This document shows, piece by piece, positions 10,289-19,378 of a DNA stretch of 64,000 nt. The stretch lies in IMG/VR virus record IMGVR_UViG_3300018080_000161; one strand, written 5' to 3'. This DNA is from an uncultured virus (IMG/VR IMGVR_UViG_3300018080_000161) (lineage: Duplodnaviria > Heunggongvirae > Uroviricota > Caudoviricetes). The stretch's first letter is position 1. Each line of letters opens with the position of its first letter. The translations under genes and the position numbers were made by a program. The notes beneath the pieces were generated by a model. It had not been told where the DNA came from, did no database searches, and saw nothing but the letters and a program-made list of their open reading frames with translations.

Positions 10289-11169
10289 TGGCTGATCCTC
10301 TACTCAACGTGACGTCGGCCGTACGCAACTGCGTGCGTCGGAACCTGGACAAGGGCATGTCGATGGCCGATGCCACGCAGGCTTGCCGGGAGCCCCGGCA
10401 GTACACGTGGCCCGCCTTCCCCGAGAACCCGCCCTCCGTGGCGTCTTTGGCGGCTGCCGCGAGTCCTTGCCCCTCTTGCAAGGCCAAGGGCAAGAAGGGC
10501 CGTTCTGAGGGCTTGCGGGGGCTCTCCAAGCACGGCGGCGACAGTCTCGGCAGCGGTCGTGTGGTGCCCCCGAACGTCCGAGCCGTCGCACAGACGTGGG
10601 CCAAGGACTTGCTCGCGACCGGTCACGTGCCTCCCCTCGACTACGAGGAGTGGCGAGTCGCCGCCTCGAGACTAGGACTGTCGGACCGGGAGATCGGTGA
10701 CGGCTGGCGCTACATCGAGAAGCTCACGGTGAGCGAGAGTTCCGAGCTCGAGAACCCCGCGCTCGAGGAGCTCCGGAAAGTGCTCGGGGAGTTTTCGGGC
10801 AAGCCCTACGGCGGCTACATGGTCATCCCTCACGAGCTCCGGGTGAAGATCAGGAACGTGGACGACGCCAGCTTCCCCTTCCGGACGAAGGCGGCCGAAC
10901 GCGTCTACGCCTGCGCCATCCAGATCATCGGCGAGACGGAGCAACCCATCGAAGACATCCGGGGAGTGTTCAACCAGGCAGTCGAAGCAGCGGAAGTTTC
11001 ACCCTTCGACCTGACCCCCGAGGACTACTCCCTGCTCGACCTCGCGCTCTACTGGCTCGTGACCCGCAAGGAGATCGTTCCCGAGCCGCCGAAGACCCCG
11101 AACGTGCGGGGGGTTGCCGGCATGAAGGGGACGCGGACTGTCCCCGGTTCTCCTCGAGGCGCGCCGTGA
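10288..11169 (+). CDS. hypothetical protein
   Basis: TAATG coupling, 293 aa. Confidence 0.65.
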   Translation: MADPLLNVTSAVRNCVRRNLDKGMSMADATQACREPRQYTWPAFPENPPSVASLAAAASPCPSCKAKGKKGRSEGLRGLSKHGGDSLGSGRVVPPNVRAVAQTWAKDLLATGHVPPLDYEEWRVAASRLGLSDREIGDGWRYIEKLTVSESSELENPALEELRKVLGEFSGKPYGGYMVIPHELRVKIRNVDDASFPFRTKAAERVYACAIQIIGETEQPIEDIRGVFNQAVEAAEVSPFDLTPEDYSLLDLALYWLVTRKEIVPEPPKTPNVRGVAGMKGTRTVPGSPRGAP

Positions 11170-11375
11170 ACCGTCTAGCGCGGCTCATCGAGAAGCTCCG
11201 CGAGGAAGTGCACGCGGGTTCCTCGTTCCTGCCCTTCGGAGGCTTCGGAGGCGCGCACTCGTATCCCGGTCCCGAGCCTGGTAGAGTAGGTGTGCAGATG
11301 AGGCCATTCGAGCCTCGGAAAAGGACGAGGAAGCGATGGCGAGACCCACATCGAGAGAAGATGCCAGCGAGTTGA
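11166..11375 (+). CDS. small hypothetical protein
   Basis: GTGA overlap; shared N-terminal helix MNRLARLIEKLREE. Confidence 0.5.
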   Translation: MNRLARLIEKLREEVHAGSSFLPFGGFGGAHSYPGPEPGRVGVQMRPFEPRKRTRKRWRDPHREKMPAS

Positions 11376-11545
11376 GTCCCGAGGACGTCTCGCGCATGTT
11401 CACCGAGATGGTTTTGCTCTCGGTTCCGATGCACGCATTCAAGAAGCTGGCCGACGCGGCAGCGGCACGTGGTATGACCGTGCCTGACTTGTTGACGAAG
11501 GCAGTGGATCAGTACATCAAGAGTACCGGTCCGGAGGTGAAGTGA
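11336..11545 (+). CDS. ribbon-helix-helix-like small protein
   Basis: LSVP..FKKL..AAAARGMTVPDLL..AV..YI. Confidence 0.5.
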   Translation: MARPTSREDASELSPEDVSRMFTEMVLLSVPMHAFKKLADAAAARGMTVPDLLTKAVDQYIKSTGPEVK

Positions 11546-11546
11546 G

Positions 11547-12038
11547 ATGGCGTTTCCGACTGGTTGGCCCCCACGACCGGCATCGAGCCTGCGTTCCATC
11601 CGGTTCTTCGTTCGCGGCACCAGCACGGCTGTTTTCGACGGGCATGCGTACCTGTTCGGGGACCAGGCGAGCGCGAACACCTTCAAGCCGACTCCGTACG
11701 TGAGACCCGGTAGCACCGACCCCGTGCACGACGGCACGCTCGAGGCCGGTGGTTCTCCGATGGGCGGGAGGCAGATCCCAGAGGACGCCGCACCCCGCAC
11801 GCACGACGACTCACCGAACACGCAGGAAGCCTCGCCCCACCCCATGCTGTGGAGTCAGGGGATTCGGATCACCTCCGTCTCGGGCGGCGACATCGAATTC
11901 TCGTTCGACGGCACCAACGTGCACGGGCGGGTGAAGGACGGCACGACCGAGATCTACTACGATCGTCACGAAGCTGGGATTGCCGTCCGAGCTGCCGGTG
12001 GTGTCGGCACCCCCGTGTTCGAAGTCGAAGCCTGGTAG
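11547..12038 (+). CDS. hypothetical protein
   Basis: GGAGG SD. Confidence 0.7.
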   Translation: MAFPTGWPPRPASSLRSIRFFVRGTSTAVFDGHAYLFGDQASANTFKPTPYVRPGSTDPVHDGTLEAGGSPMGGRQIPEDAAPRTHDDSPNTQEASPHPMLWSQGIRITSVSGGDIEFSFDGTNVHGRVKDGTTEIYYDRHEAGIAVRAAGGVGTPVFEVEAW

Positions 12039-12047
12039 GAGGTAGCC

Positions 12048-13310
12048 GTGCTTCCGTTGTTGATCGAAGAGCTCCGGAGCATCGTGGACGGCAAGCCGGC
12101 CGAGATCGGCGACAAGTCCAAGCGTGCGGACGGCAAGACCTACCAGAAGGTCGCCAAGGACAAGTGGGAGCCGGTCAAGGGCGGGGGAGCGAAGCCTCCC
12201 TCCGAGCTCGACAAGAGCAAGAGCTCCAAGAAGCACAAGAGCTCCAAGGGAGGGAAGTACTTCCAGACGAAGCTCCCGATGAAAGGCGAAGCCCCGCCGA
12301 AGGTAGGGGAGTTTGCGGTGCCGCAGCCCGGCGGTCACTGGCACACTCCCAAGCCGAGGAAGAAGACGACCAAGGAGCAGCACTTCGATCGGAAGACGGG
12401 GCGGTACACCCCCGAGCGTCGCAAGCTGCACCGCAAGATCCTTTCCCAGTTCCTCGACCAGACCCAGCCGGTGCCCGAGGGCAAGCAGCCTTCGGCCGTG
12501 CTCATGATGGGAGGGCCGGCGTCAGGCAAAGGCCAGCTCACCGGGATGTTCGACCCTACCGACTTCGTCTCGGTCGACGCGGACCGGATCAAGGAACTCC
12601 TGCCCGAGTACCAGGAAGCCGTCGCGGCGGGAGACAGGGATGCCGCGTCGCTCGCCCACGAGGAGAGCGGCTACCTCGCTTCCAAACTCCGTGACCTCGC
12701 CCTCAAGCAGCGCAAGAACGTCCTGCTCGACGGGACCGGTCGCTACGCGGGCTCCTACATGCACCGGATGAGGCAGATGCAGGACCAGGGCTACCACGTC
12801 CACCTGATGATGCCCGACCTGGACGTCGACACTGCTCGAGCTCGAGCCAAGAAACGGGGCGAGGAGTCGGGACGGTGGGTGCCGGATCATGTTTTCGGCT
12901 CGGCCTACCGCGACATCCCAGGCAACTTCGAGCAGCTCGCGCACGCGGCCGACTCCGCGATGCTCTTCAACAACCGCGACAACCCCGACAAGAAGCCGAA
13001 GCTCGTCTGGTCGCGTGACGCTGTGGGCGACTACACGCACGACGAGGACTTCATGGACGACTTCCGGTCACGGCACGGAAGCGGGGGGCGCAGGAAGCAG
13101 CAGAAGAGCAGCGTCGAGTCCACCCTCGCGTGTGTCTCTTCGTTGCTCGAGGGGCCGAAGGACGCTCCGGACCTGACGGTGGACTTCAAGGAGCTCACCA
13201 AGAACATCCCGCCCGAGAGCGACGAGATGCCCAGGTCGAAGTTCACTCCGGACGAGGGGTTGATCGTCGCTGTGGACGACGACTCCGCGATGGGAGACGC
13301 TCGTGGCTGA
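12048..13310 (+). CDS. zeta toxin family P-loop kinase
   Basis: MGGPASGKG Walker A, VDADRIK, HEES, LLDGT, GRWVP. Confidence 0.85.
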   Translation: MLPLLIEELRSIVDGKPAEIGDKSKRADGKTYQKVAKDKWEPVKGGGAKPPSELDKSKSSKKHKSSKGGKYFQTKLPMKGEAPPKVGEFAVPQPGGHWHTPKPRKKTTKEQHFDRKTGRYTPERRKLHRKILSQFLDQTQPVPEGKQPSAVLMMGGPASGKGQLTGMFDPTDFVSVDADRIKELLPEYQEAVAAGDRDAASLAHEESGYLASKLRDLALKQRKNVLLDGTGRYAGSYMHRMRQMQDQGYHVHLMMPDLDVDTARARAKKRGEESGRWVPDHVFGSAYRDIPGNFEQLAHAADSAMLFNNRDNPDKKPKLVWSRDAVGDYTHDEDFMDDFRSRHGSGGRRKQQKSSVESTLACVSSLLEGPKDAPDLTVDFKELTKNIPPESDEMPRSKFTPDEGLIVAVDDDSAMGDARG

Positions 13311-13554
13311 GTTCGAAGTTGACGAAAGCTCGGCGGCTGCCATCTTGCAGGACTTCCTCGCGCAGGAAGGAGAGCAGGAAGAGGACAGCGGCGAGCTTCA
13401 GGAGAGAGTCGCCACCAAGAAGTTCACCGGGCACCTCGTGCTCAAGGGCTTTGACGACAAGACTGTCGCTTCGATCTCCGATGAGATAAAGTTTCGGGTA
13501 CAGGCGGTCCGTTTCGGAGAACGTGTCCGCGTCATCATCGATATGAAGGTTTGA
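13303..13554 (+). CDS. small acidic hypothetical protein
   Basis: Overlaps zeta gene end; GGGAG SD. Confidence 0.6.
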   Translation: MAEFEVDESSAAAILQDFLAQEGEQEEDSGELQERVATKKFTGHLVLKGFDDKTVASISDEIKFRVQAVRFGERVRVIIDMKV

Positions 13555-13572
13555 CCGATCAAGGAGAGCAAC

Positions 13573-13977
13573 ATGGACCGTTCCACACTCGAAGAGCAAA
13601 AGCGCCTGGCAGGACTGTCGCCCCGCTACGACTTCCGCCTGGACGAGGCCGAGACGACGCATCCTGACAGCCCCGAGGACGACCAGGATCTCGCAGCCAC
13701 GCCGCCCGTCACCGACGAGGACCCACCGGACACGACCGGTGCCGGCGCGTCGAAGCACTGGGACATGTACCGCAAGCACGAGCAGAGCCTCAAGGCCATG
13801 GCCGAGAAGTGCGACGAGATGCTCGGCGAGATGTCCTTCGTCAACGAGGCCGAGATGGACGGCAAGCAGAACCGCGCGCTCAAGATGGCCCGCATGGAGA
13901 TGAAGAAGGCCCGCCTTCAGCAAGGCAACGCCTTCCGCGCGATGGCCGAGTTCGGCGCGACGATGCTTGGCAAGTGA
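13573..13977 (+). CDS. hypothetical protein
   Basis: AAGGAG SD. Confidence 0.7.
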   Translation: MDRSTLEEQKRLAGLSPRYDFRLDEAETTHPDSPEDDQDLAATPPVTDEDPPDTTGAGASKHWDMYRKHEQSLKAMAEKCDEMLGEMSFVNEAEMDGKQNRALKMARMEMKKARLQQGNAFRAMAEFGATMLGK

Positions 13978-13999
13978 CCTCAGCCTTCAGGAGTCTGTC

Positions 14000-14530
14000 A
14001 TGAATCGTCAGATGAATCAGATCCTCGTCGAAATGCGGGAGACGCTCGAGCGTGACGCAATCGTCGAGGGCAAGGGCTTGGACGACGTCAACAAGTCGAT
14101 GAAGTCTCAGATGGGCAGCATGATGCCCTCGTATCTGAGGTCCAAGAAGGTAACGCCCCGCGCAGTCCTGAATGCTTCTTGGGGCGCTCTGTTGTGCGCT
14201 ATGAACATCACGTTCGTGATGGGGGCGAAGTCCGTCTCTTCTGGTTTGCAAAAAGCAGCAGACTCCGCAGGGGCGGCGGTTTATGGCGTTGCGTCAAAGG
14301 GCGACTTCCCCAAGGGACACGACCCTGCTTACTTGAAATACCTGCTTGGGAGACTCACCACAGTAACCAAACAAATGGCGAAGGGTGCGAAGTCGATCGA
14401 ACAGGCGGCAGGGTACTTGGCCGATTTGCTCACGACGGTGTCTGGCCTCATCAACACGGTCAAGGGCCAAGGCGCTGAGTCGAAGGCCGTCATGCAGCTA
14501 GCCGCGAAGATGGGTAGCCTTTCGAAGTAA
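14000..14530 (+). CDS. hypothetical protein
   Basis: AGGAG SD before ATG 14000; more A/T-ending codons than neighbours. Confidence 0.65.
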   Translation: MNRQMNQILVEMRETLERDAIVEGKGLDDVNKSMKSQMGSMMPSYLRSKKVTPRAVLNASWGALLCAMNITFVMGAKSVSSGLQKAADSAGAAVYGVASKGDFPKGHDPAYLKYLLGRLTTVTKQMAKGAKSIEQAAGYLADLLTTVSGLINTVKGQGAESKAVMQLAAKMGSLSK

Positions 14531-14559
14531 CTAGGTTTTTCAAGACGTGAGGTGATCTA

Positions 14560-14970
14560 GTGGATCAAGTTCAACAGACGTGGATGGAGAGAGTTCAACA
14601 GACGTGGGACGAACTGGGGCACAAGCTGCGCCCGCTACGCTTCCTGACGCTCGTTCGGACCGACCCGCACGAGAGCATCCTGCCGAGCGGCATCATCCTG
14701 CCCCCGAAGCTCGACAACTTTCATTCGGGGATGCCCCACCAACAGATCAAGACGGGCACCGTCGTCGCCGTGGGCCCGCGCACGAAGACCGTCAAGGTCG
14801 GCGACCGCGTTTGCTTCCAGCGCTTGCACTTCGCGTGGCTCCGGAAGCTCGGGTCCGACAAGACCTTCGTCGGTTGGATCAACAACAACGACATCATCGG
14901 CTTCGTGACGAACGAAGGACAACTCGTCCAGAAGGCCGACGACCAGCCTGCCGCGTCTGCGGCCCCGTAG
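14560..14970 (+). CDS. groES: GroES/Cpn10-like co-chaperonin
   Basis: LRPL...SGIILP...GTVVAVGP...VKVGDRV.F. Confidence 0.8.
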   Translation: MDQVQQTWMERVQQTWDELGHKLRPLRFLTLVRTDPHESILPSGIILPPKLDNFHSGMPHQQIKTGTVVAVGPRTKTVKVGDRVCFQRLHFAWLRKLGSDKTFVGWINNNDIIGFVTNEGQLVQKADDQPAASAAP

Positions 14971-14979
14971 GAGCACGTC

Positions 14980-15591
14980 ATGGGAGCGTTGAAGGTACTG
15001 GAGGAACTGCGGGAGGTTTTCGAGCTCGAGGAAGCGGTGACGGCTACCGTCAAGAACCTCAAGCCTGACAACTTCTCGGTGAGCAAGCCGAACATCGTTG
15101 CCAGGGTCCAAGCGGGCAAGCACCTGTGGCAGATCTCGCTCTCCCCCAATGGGCTCATCTCGTCGAAACTGCTCAAGGGCGCCGTGAAGACCTCGACCGG
15201 GACCGAGTTCGCGGCCGTGAAGGCGTTCAAGCAGGCGTGGAAGAGCAGTCAGTACTACTCGATGTACCCCGACTACATGCGGGTGAAGGAAGACCTGGAC
15301 GAGGCGACCGCGCAGCGCACGAAGCGTCGGAAGGCGGGCAAAGGCTCCAAGAAGACGAGCAAGACGTGCCCTGACGGCTACCATCAGGTCGACGGCAAGT
15401 GCAAGAAGGTCACCGGTACGCAGAAGTCCCGGCAGCAGCGGCTCAAGAAGAAGTGGAGCAAGAGCGGCAAGGGCAAGCGCAGCGGCAAGAAGACCAAGCG
15501 CCTGAGCAAGATGTACGGCAGCGCCAACGAGTCGCGCCCCTGCATGGATTGCCTCATCAACGCCCTGATGGAAGAGACGAACGCTCTCTGA
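14980..15591 (+). CDS. hypothetical protein with very basic C-terminal half
   Basis: AGGAG SD; CPDGYHQVDGKC motif. Confidence 0.7.
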   Translation: MGALKVLEELREVFELEEAVTATVKNLKPDNFSVSKPNIVARVQAGKHLWQISLSPNGLISSKLLKGAVKTSTGTEFAAVKAFKQAWKSSQYYSMYPDYMRVKEDLDEATAQRTKRRKAGKGSKKTSKTCPDGYHQVDGKCKKVTGTQKSRQQRLKKKWSKSGKGKRSGKKTKRLSKMYGSANESRPCMDCLINALMEETNAL

Positions 15592-15601
15592 CCGATCCCT
15601 C

Positions 15602-15629
15602 TTGACAATCCGTCTCCACCTGTTATACT
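15602..15629 (+). promoter_or_regulatory. sigma70-type promoter, leaderless
   Basis: TTGACA-16-TATACT with extended TG; ATG 6 nt downstream. Confidence 0.8.
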
Positions 15630-15635
15630 GACCCC

Positions 15636-15842
15636 ATGAAGCGTGGATTGACGCTCACCGCGTGGCTCCGCGAGCAGAAGATCAAGTGCTCCGGGCTCCG
15701 GTGGGTGGAGCGCCGCTACGAGGTTTTCGTGCAGGAGGACGACGAATGGGTCGAGGTACCCGAAAAGGTGTGGGTGGAGCCCGAGGAGGAGGATCGGTTC
15801 AAGGCCAATCCCCGAAGGCACCTCCTACTTCCGGGAATGTGA
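15636..15842 (+). CDS. hypothetical protein
   Basis: Starts at predicted TSS. Confidence 0.6.
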   Translation: MKRGLTLTAWLREQKIKCSGLRWVERRYEVFVQEDDEWVEVPEKVWVEPEEEDRFKANPRRHLLLPGM

Positions 15843-16282
15843 AGCTGCCCGCGTGGGTCCATCCCCCGAACGAGACGTGGAGCGGACCGAAGGGCACCCC
15901 CGACGAACAACGCGTCATCTGCCCCGAGGCTGACTGCGGCTCGGAGATGCGGCTCCGCTTCTCCGAGAAGACCGGACGCTGGTTCTACGGGTGCAAGCGC
16001 TGGCCGAACTGCGACGGCATCATCCCCGCCAAGAAGGACGGCACTCCGGACGGTAGACCCAGCAAGAAAGAGGACCGTAGCGCCCGTCAGAGGGCCCACA
16101 GCGTCTTCGACAGGCTCTGGAAGGGGGAAGATGCCCAGATGAGCCGTGGGTCGGCTTACGAGTGGATGCAGAACCGTCTAGGGCTTACTCCGGACGAGGC
16201 CCACATCGCCCAGTTCGACGAGGCCCGGAGCGAGGAGCTCATCGCTGCCTTGCTCATCGACTTCGATTTGGAGGCTGAATGA
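15839..16282 (+). CDS. zinc-ribbon (DUF3268-like) protein
   Basis: CPEADC...FYGCKRWPNC and RQRAHSVFDRLW..MSRGSAYEWM..LG..HIAQFD. Confidence 0.7.
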   Translation: MKLPAWVHPPNETWSGPKGTPDEQRVICPEADCGSEMRLRFSEKTGRWFYGCKRWPNCDGIIPAKKDGTPDGRPSKKEDRSARQRAHSVFDRLWKGEDAQMSRGSAYEWMQNRLGLTPDEAHIAQFDEARSEELIAALLIDFDLEAE

Positions 16283-16914
16283 GCTCGACGAACAGAGGTG
16301 GACAACGAAGCGAAGCGGACGCCTACAACACGCCCAAGTGGGCCGTCAGGCGCCTGCTCGAGCGGTACCCGCTAGCGCTGCCCCGTTGCCGTTGTTTGGA
16401 ACCGGCAGCCGGCGAGGGACGCATCATCGAAGCGGTGAACGACAGGTACAGCGGGCTCACCTGGACGGCCGTCGAGATTCGGAAGATGTGCAAGATCAAC
16501 TTGAACCTCATCCCGAACATCTCGTCGTTGTACATCCCCGAGGACTTCCTGCACTGGACTCCCGACATCGCGCTCATGCCTGGCTCCGGTTTCCGGCCCT
16601 ACGACCTGTCCATCACGAACCCTCCCTTCAGCATCGCGACCGAATTCTTGCTGGCACAGCTCGAGCTCGCCGACCTCGTCGTCATGCTGCTTCGCCTGAA
16701 CTACTGGGGCGCGAGGAAGCGGCACGAACTGCTTTCGAAACGAGCCCCGAACCACACCTTCATCCTCCCGAACCGACCCTCCTTCGCGAAGGGCGGCGGC
16801 ACCGACAGCATCGAGTATGCTTGGATGGTTTGGGAGGCTGGCAACCCCGTCAGTCGTGGTACTGTTGAGCTACTTGATCTGACGCCTCTCGCTGAAAGGC
16901 AATTGGAGTACTGA
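16279..16914 (+). CDS. amino (N6A/N4C) DNA methyltransferase
   Basis: YNTP, LEPAAGEGRI, ITNPPFS. Confidence 0.8.
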   Translation: MSSTNRGGQRSEADAYNTPKWAVRRLLERYPLALPRCRCLEPAAGEGRIIEAVNDRYSGLTWTAVEIRKMCKINLNLIPNISSLYIPEDFLHWTPDIALMPGSGFRPYDLSITNPPFSIATEFLLAQLELADLVVMLLRLNYWGARKRHELLSKRAPNHTFILPNRPSFAKGGGTDSIEYAWMVWEAGNPVSRGTVELLDLTPLAERQLEY

Positions 16915-17507
16915 TGAAGACCTTGGACATCCTCTGCGACATGGACGGCATCCTGTGCAACCTGATCAAGCCGTGGCTCGCCTGCTACAACGCCGACTAC
17001 GCGGAGTGCGACGAGGAAGAGCTCAGCATTGCTGACATCACCCAGCACGCGATGCATAAGCTCACGCCGATCGGGCGTGACATCTACAAGTACATCAACA
17101 TGCCGGGGTGGTTCGAACAGCTCGAGCCGCTCGAGGGAGGCGTCGAGGGACTAGCCCAGCTTCGCGGCGACGGGCACCGCATCTTCATCCTGAGCTCCAT
17201 GGGCCGCTCGAAGGAGGCCGTGAACGGCAAGATGACGTGGCTCGAGAGGCACGCTCCGTTCATCGACCACAAGCACTTGATCTTCACCCCGGCGAAGCAC
17301 ATGGTCAGGGGTGACGTGTTCATCGACGACTCGCCGGACAAGCTGGCCGCGTACAAGGGAGCATGGCCCGGTGCGACGACGATGGGCATCACGTGGCCGT
17401 ACAACACGGAGGCTCCCATGGACGTTCGAGCAGACGACTGTCACCACCCGGCCGAAGCGTGGAGCACCATCGTGCACGCCGTGCGCGAGCTCGCGAGGCA
17501 GGCGTGA
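16914..17507 (+). CDS. 5'(3')-deoxyribonucleotidase (HAD, NT5C family)
   Basis: DMDGIL, K..WL, GDVFIDD, PYN. Confidence 0.85.
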   Translation: MKTLDILCDMDGILCNLIKPWLACYNADYAECDEEELSIADITQHAMHKLTPIGRDIYKYINMPGWFEQLEPLEGGVEGLAQLRGDGHRIFILSSMGRSKEAVNGKMTWLERHAPFIDHKHLIFTPAKHMVRGDVFIDDSPDKLAAYKGAWPGATTMGITWPYNTEAPMDVRADDCHHPAEAWSTIVHAVRELARQA

Positions 17508-18178
17508 GGTCCATCGGTGAACGAGCCCTCGACGTCGCGATGAACGAGGTCGGGGTGCTCGAGGACCCGCCCGGTTCAAACTCCGGGAAGCGGGTGAAGG
17601 AGTACCTGGCACCCTGCGTACGGGGCGACCGCAACACCCTCCTGCACCTGACGGCTTCGAACTGGTGCATGGCTTTCTCGAGTTGGTGCATGCAGCAGGC
17701 CCTCTTCCCGCACGAGAAGGCACCGCACGGCTACCGAGCTGGAGTCATCGAGGCGGTCGCGGACGTCCGTGATCCGCAATCTCCCTGGTCGGGCAAGTGG
17801 CACGACGTGAAGGAAGTGCGTTCGGGAGTTTGGCGTCCCAACCCCGGAGACCTTGCGATCTACGACCGCTCCATACCCTCGAGGCCGGACACGAGCTGGT
17901 GGCGCCACGTCAATCGGGTTATCTCCTTCTCCGACGACGGGCTCTTCCGTACGGTCGGAGGCAACGAGGCGCAGCGGGTGAAGGTGGCCGAACAGACCAT
18001 CGACAAGGTGAGCCTTCTTGGCTTCATCGCGTACCCCCAGCCGAAGGAGCCGGCCACCAAGGAACTGCTCACCACCGACGAGAAAGTTCAGCTAGCCCAT
18101 CTCGTATACCTGACGATCGACGGCATGCTCCGCGAGTCGATTCACGGGCAGACGCTCGACGAAGAAGACGAGGACTGA
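17504..18178 (+). CDS. CHAP-domain cell wall amidase
   Basis: EVGVLE..GSNSG, WCMAF, PGDL, HV, GGN. Confidence 0.75.
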   Translation: MRSIGERALDVAMNEVGVLEDPPGSNSGKRVKEYLAPCVRGDRNTLLHLTASNWCMAFSSWCMQQALFPHEKAPHGYRAGVIEAVADVRDPQSPWSGKWHDVKEVRSGVWRPNPGDLAIYDRSIPSRPDTSWWRHVNRVISFSDDGLFRTVGGNEAQRVKVAEQTIDKVSLLGFIAYPQPKEPATKELLTTDEKVQLAHLVYLTIDGMLRESIHGQTLDEEDED

Positions 18179-18187
18179 ACTTTTTCC

Positions 18188-18215
18188 TTGACAACTCGTT
18201 TCTAGCTGTTATGGT
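18188..18215 (+). promoter_or_regulatory. promoter heading the tRNA array
   Basis: TTGACA-16-TATGGT with extended TG. Confidence 0.7.
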
Positions 18216-18222
18216 GCCAATT

Positions 18223-18372
18223 ATGAGTTCCCGGTCCACCACCACCATCAAAACGCAGGCGCATTCAGCGTCCGCGTCGTGGTGCGTCGTGGCCCCGACG
18301 TTTATCCAGGGACGCGAAGGTAATCTGTATGCCTCCTTGGATAGCAAGCCCATGCTCGAGGAGGCCCCATAG
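18223..18372 (+). CDS. putative 49-aa leaderless leader peptide
   Basis: ATG 7 nt after -10; MSSRSTTTIK...; followed by terminator-like hairpin. Confidence 0.35.
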   Translation: MSSRSTTTIKTQAHSASASWCVVAPTFIQGREGNLYASLDSKPMLEEAP

Positions 18373-18402
18373 GGCGGTAAGCGTAGAAAGACCGAGCACA
18401 CG

Positions 18403-18443
18403 CGAGCCGCCCTGGGAGACCAGAGGCGGCTTTCGACGTTTTC
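18403..18443 (+). terminator. terminator/attenuator-like hairpin
   Basis: GAGCCGCC.TGG-GAGA-CCA..GGCGGCTTTC then GTTTTC. Confidence 0.5.
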
Positions 18444-18526
18444 GGGTTGTGAGTAGATGGCTGGGACCATCGGGTGGCTGTAAACCACTTGCCTTCGGGA
18501 CAGAGGTTCGATTCCTTCACGACCCA
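18444..18526 (+). tRNA. tRNA-Tyr(GTA)
   Basis: GGGTTGT/ACGACCC acceptor; loop CT-GTA-AA; long variable arm. Confidence 0.85.
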
Positions 18527-18571
18527 CTGGAGACAGCGATGAAGAAGAAACCGACAACCAACTCAGTGCGA

Positions 18572-18644
18572 GGGTCCGTGGCGCAACTGGTAGCGCAGCA
18601 GGCTTTTACCCTGACGGTTGCGGGTTCGACTCCCGCTGGACCCA
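18572..18644 (+). tRNA. tRNA-Lys(TTT)
   Basis: Cloverleaf; loop CT-TTT-AC. Confidence 0.9.
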
Positions 18645-18647
18645 CTC

Positions 18648-18718
18648 GGGCTCATAGCTCCAAGGCGGAGCATCCGGCTCTTACCCGGCAGGGCGAGGTT
18701 CGATTCCTCGTGGGCCCA
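18648..18718 (+). tRNA. tRNA-Lys(CTT)
   Basis: Cloverleaf; loop CT-CTT-AC. Confidence 0.9.
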
Positions 18719-18764
18719 CTAGGAGAGATCATGAAGGTATGCATTTGAGTCCCCTCGAGGGAGA

Positions 18765-18838
18765 TGGAGCGTCGTCCAACGGTAGGACGCCCGGCTCTGA
18801 CCCGGTCAACGAAGGTTCGAATCCTTCCGCTCCAGCCA
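18765..18838 (+). tRNA. tRNA-Gln(CTG)
   Basis: Cloverleaf with CCA; loop CT-CTG-AC. Confidence 0.9.
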
Positions 18839-18844
18839 ACCGTC

Positions 18845-19025
18845 GCACGCGCAATGCGACACGGTCTGTGACAACCCAACGGAACCTGGACGAGCTGCTC
18901 ACCAGCTCGCTGGAAAAGCTCACGTGACCAATCGACAGGGTGCGTACACGGTGCGTGATGCAGATCAGTTCGTCCTCTTCCGAGGCGCGCGTGGAGCTCG
19001 ACCTGCCTCGTCGGGTTCCGCGTGC
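18845..19025 (+). ncRNA. putative ~180-nt structured RNA of unknown class
   Basis: Ends pair (GCACGCG/CGCGTGC); long helix 18880-18894 with 19007-19020; fills a tRNA spacer. Confidence 0.35.
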
Positions 19026-19029
19026 AATT

Positions 19030-19102
19030 GCCCGTGCAGTCCTAATGGCAGGACGCCGCTTTCGTACTGCGGAGGTAGCCGGTTCGATTCCGGTCGCGGG
19101 CT
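19030..19102 (+). tRNA. tRNA-Thr(CGT)
   Basis: Cloverleaf; loop TT-CGT-AC. Confidence 0.85.
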
Positions 19103-19277
19103 CAAGACCTCGACGGTCTGAGCGACGAGCTCGTCTACTCGAGAACATCGCTCACAGTCGCACGTCAAGGGGTGCTCACGGCGTCGCAGGATGTCTTGCA
19201 GGGTCAGTGGTCGTGTCATGTCTCCGACGCTACCAGAGCCGTCCTGGTGACCTTGCACGGCCGGCGACGATTTTCTC

Positions 19278-19305
19278 TTGACAATCAAACCTCAGTTGTT
19301 ATGCT
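19278..19305 (+). promoter_or_regulatory. promoter whose -10 overlaps tRNA-Glu 5' end
   Basis: TTGACA-16-TATGCT with extended TG. Confidence 0.6.
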
Positions 19306-19378
19306 CCCATCTAACTAAGGGTCAGGTGGGCGGCCTTTCAAGCCGCAGGTAGGGGTTCGAATCCCCTTGGGAGCACCA
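19303..19378 (+). tRNA. tRNA-Glu(TTC)
   Basis: Cloverleaf with CCA; loop CT-TTC-AA. Confidence 0.85.

Noticed and set aside
18841..19270. tmRNA, RNase P RNA or SRP RNA
   Set aside because: No Ala-type acceptor ends or tag frame, no P4 motif, no SRP domain IV motif
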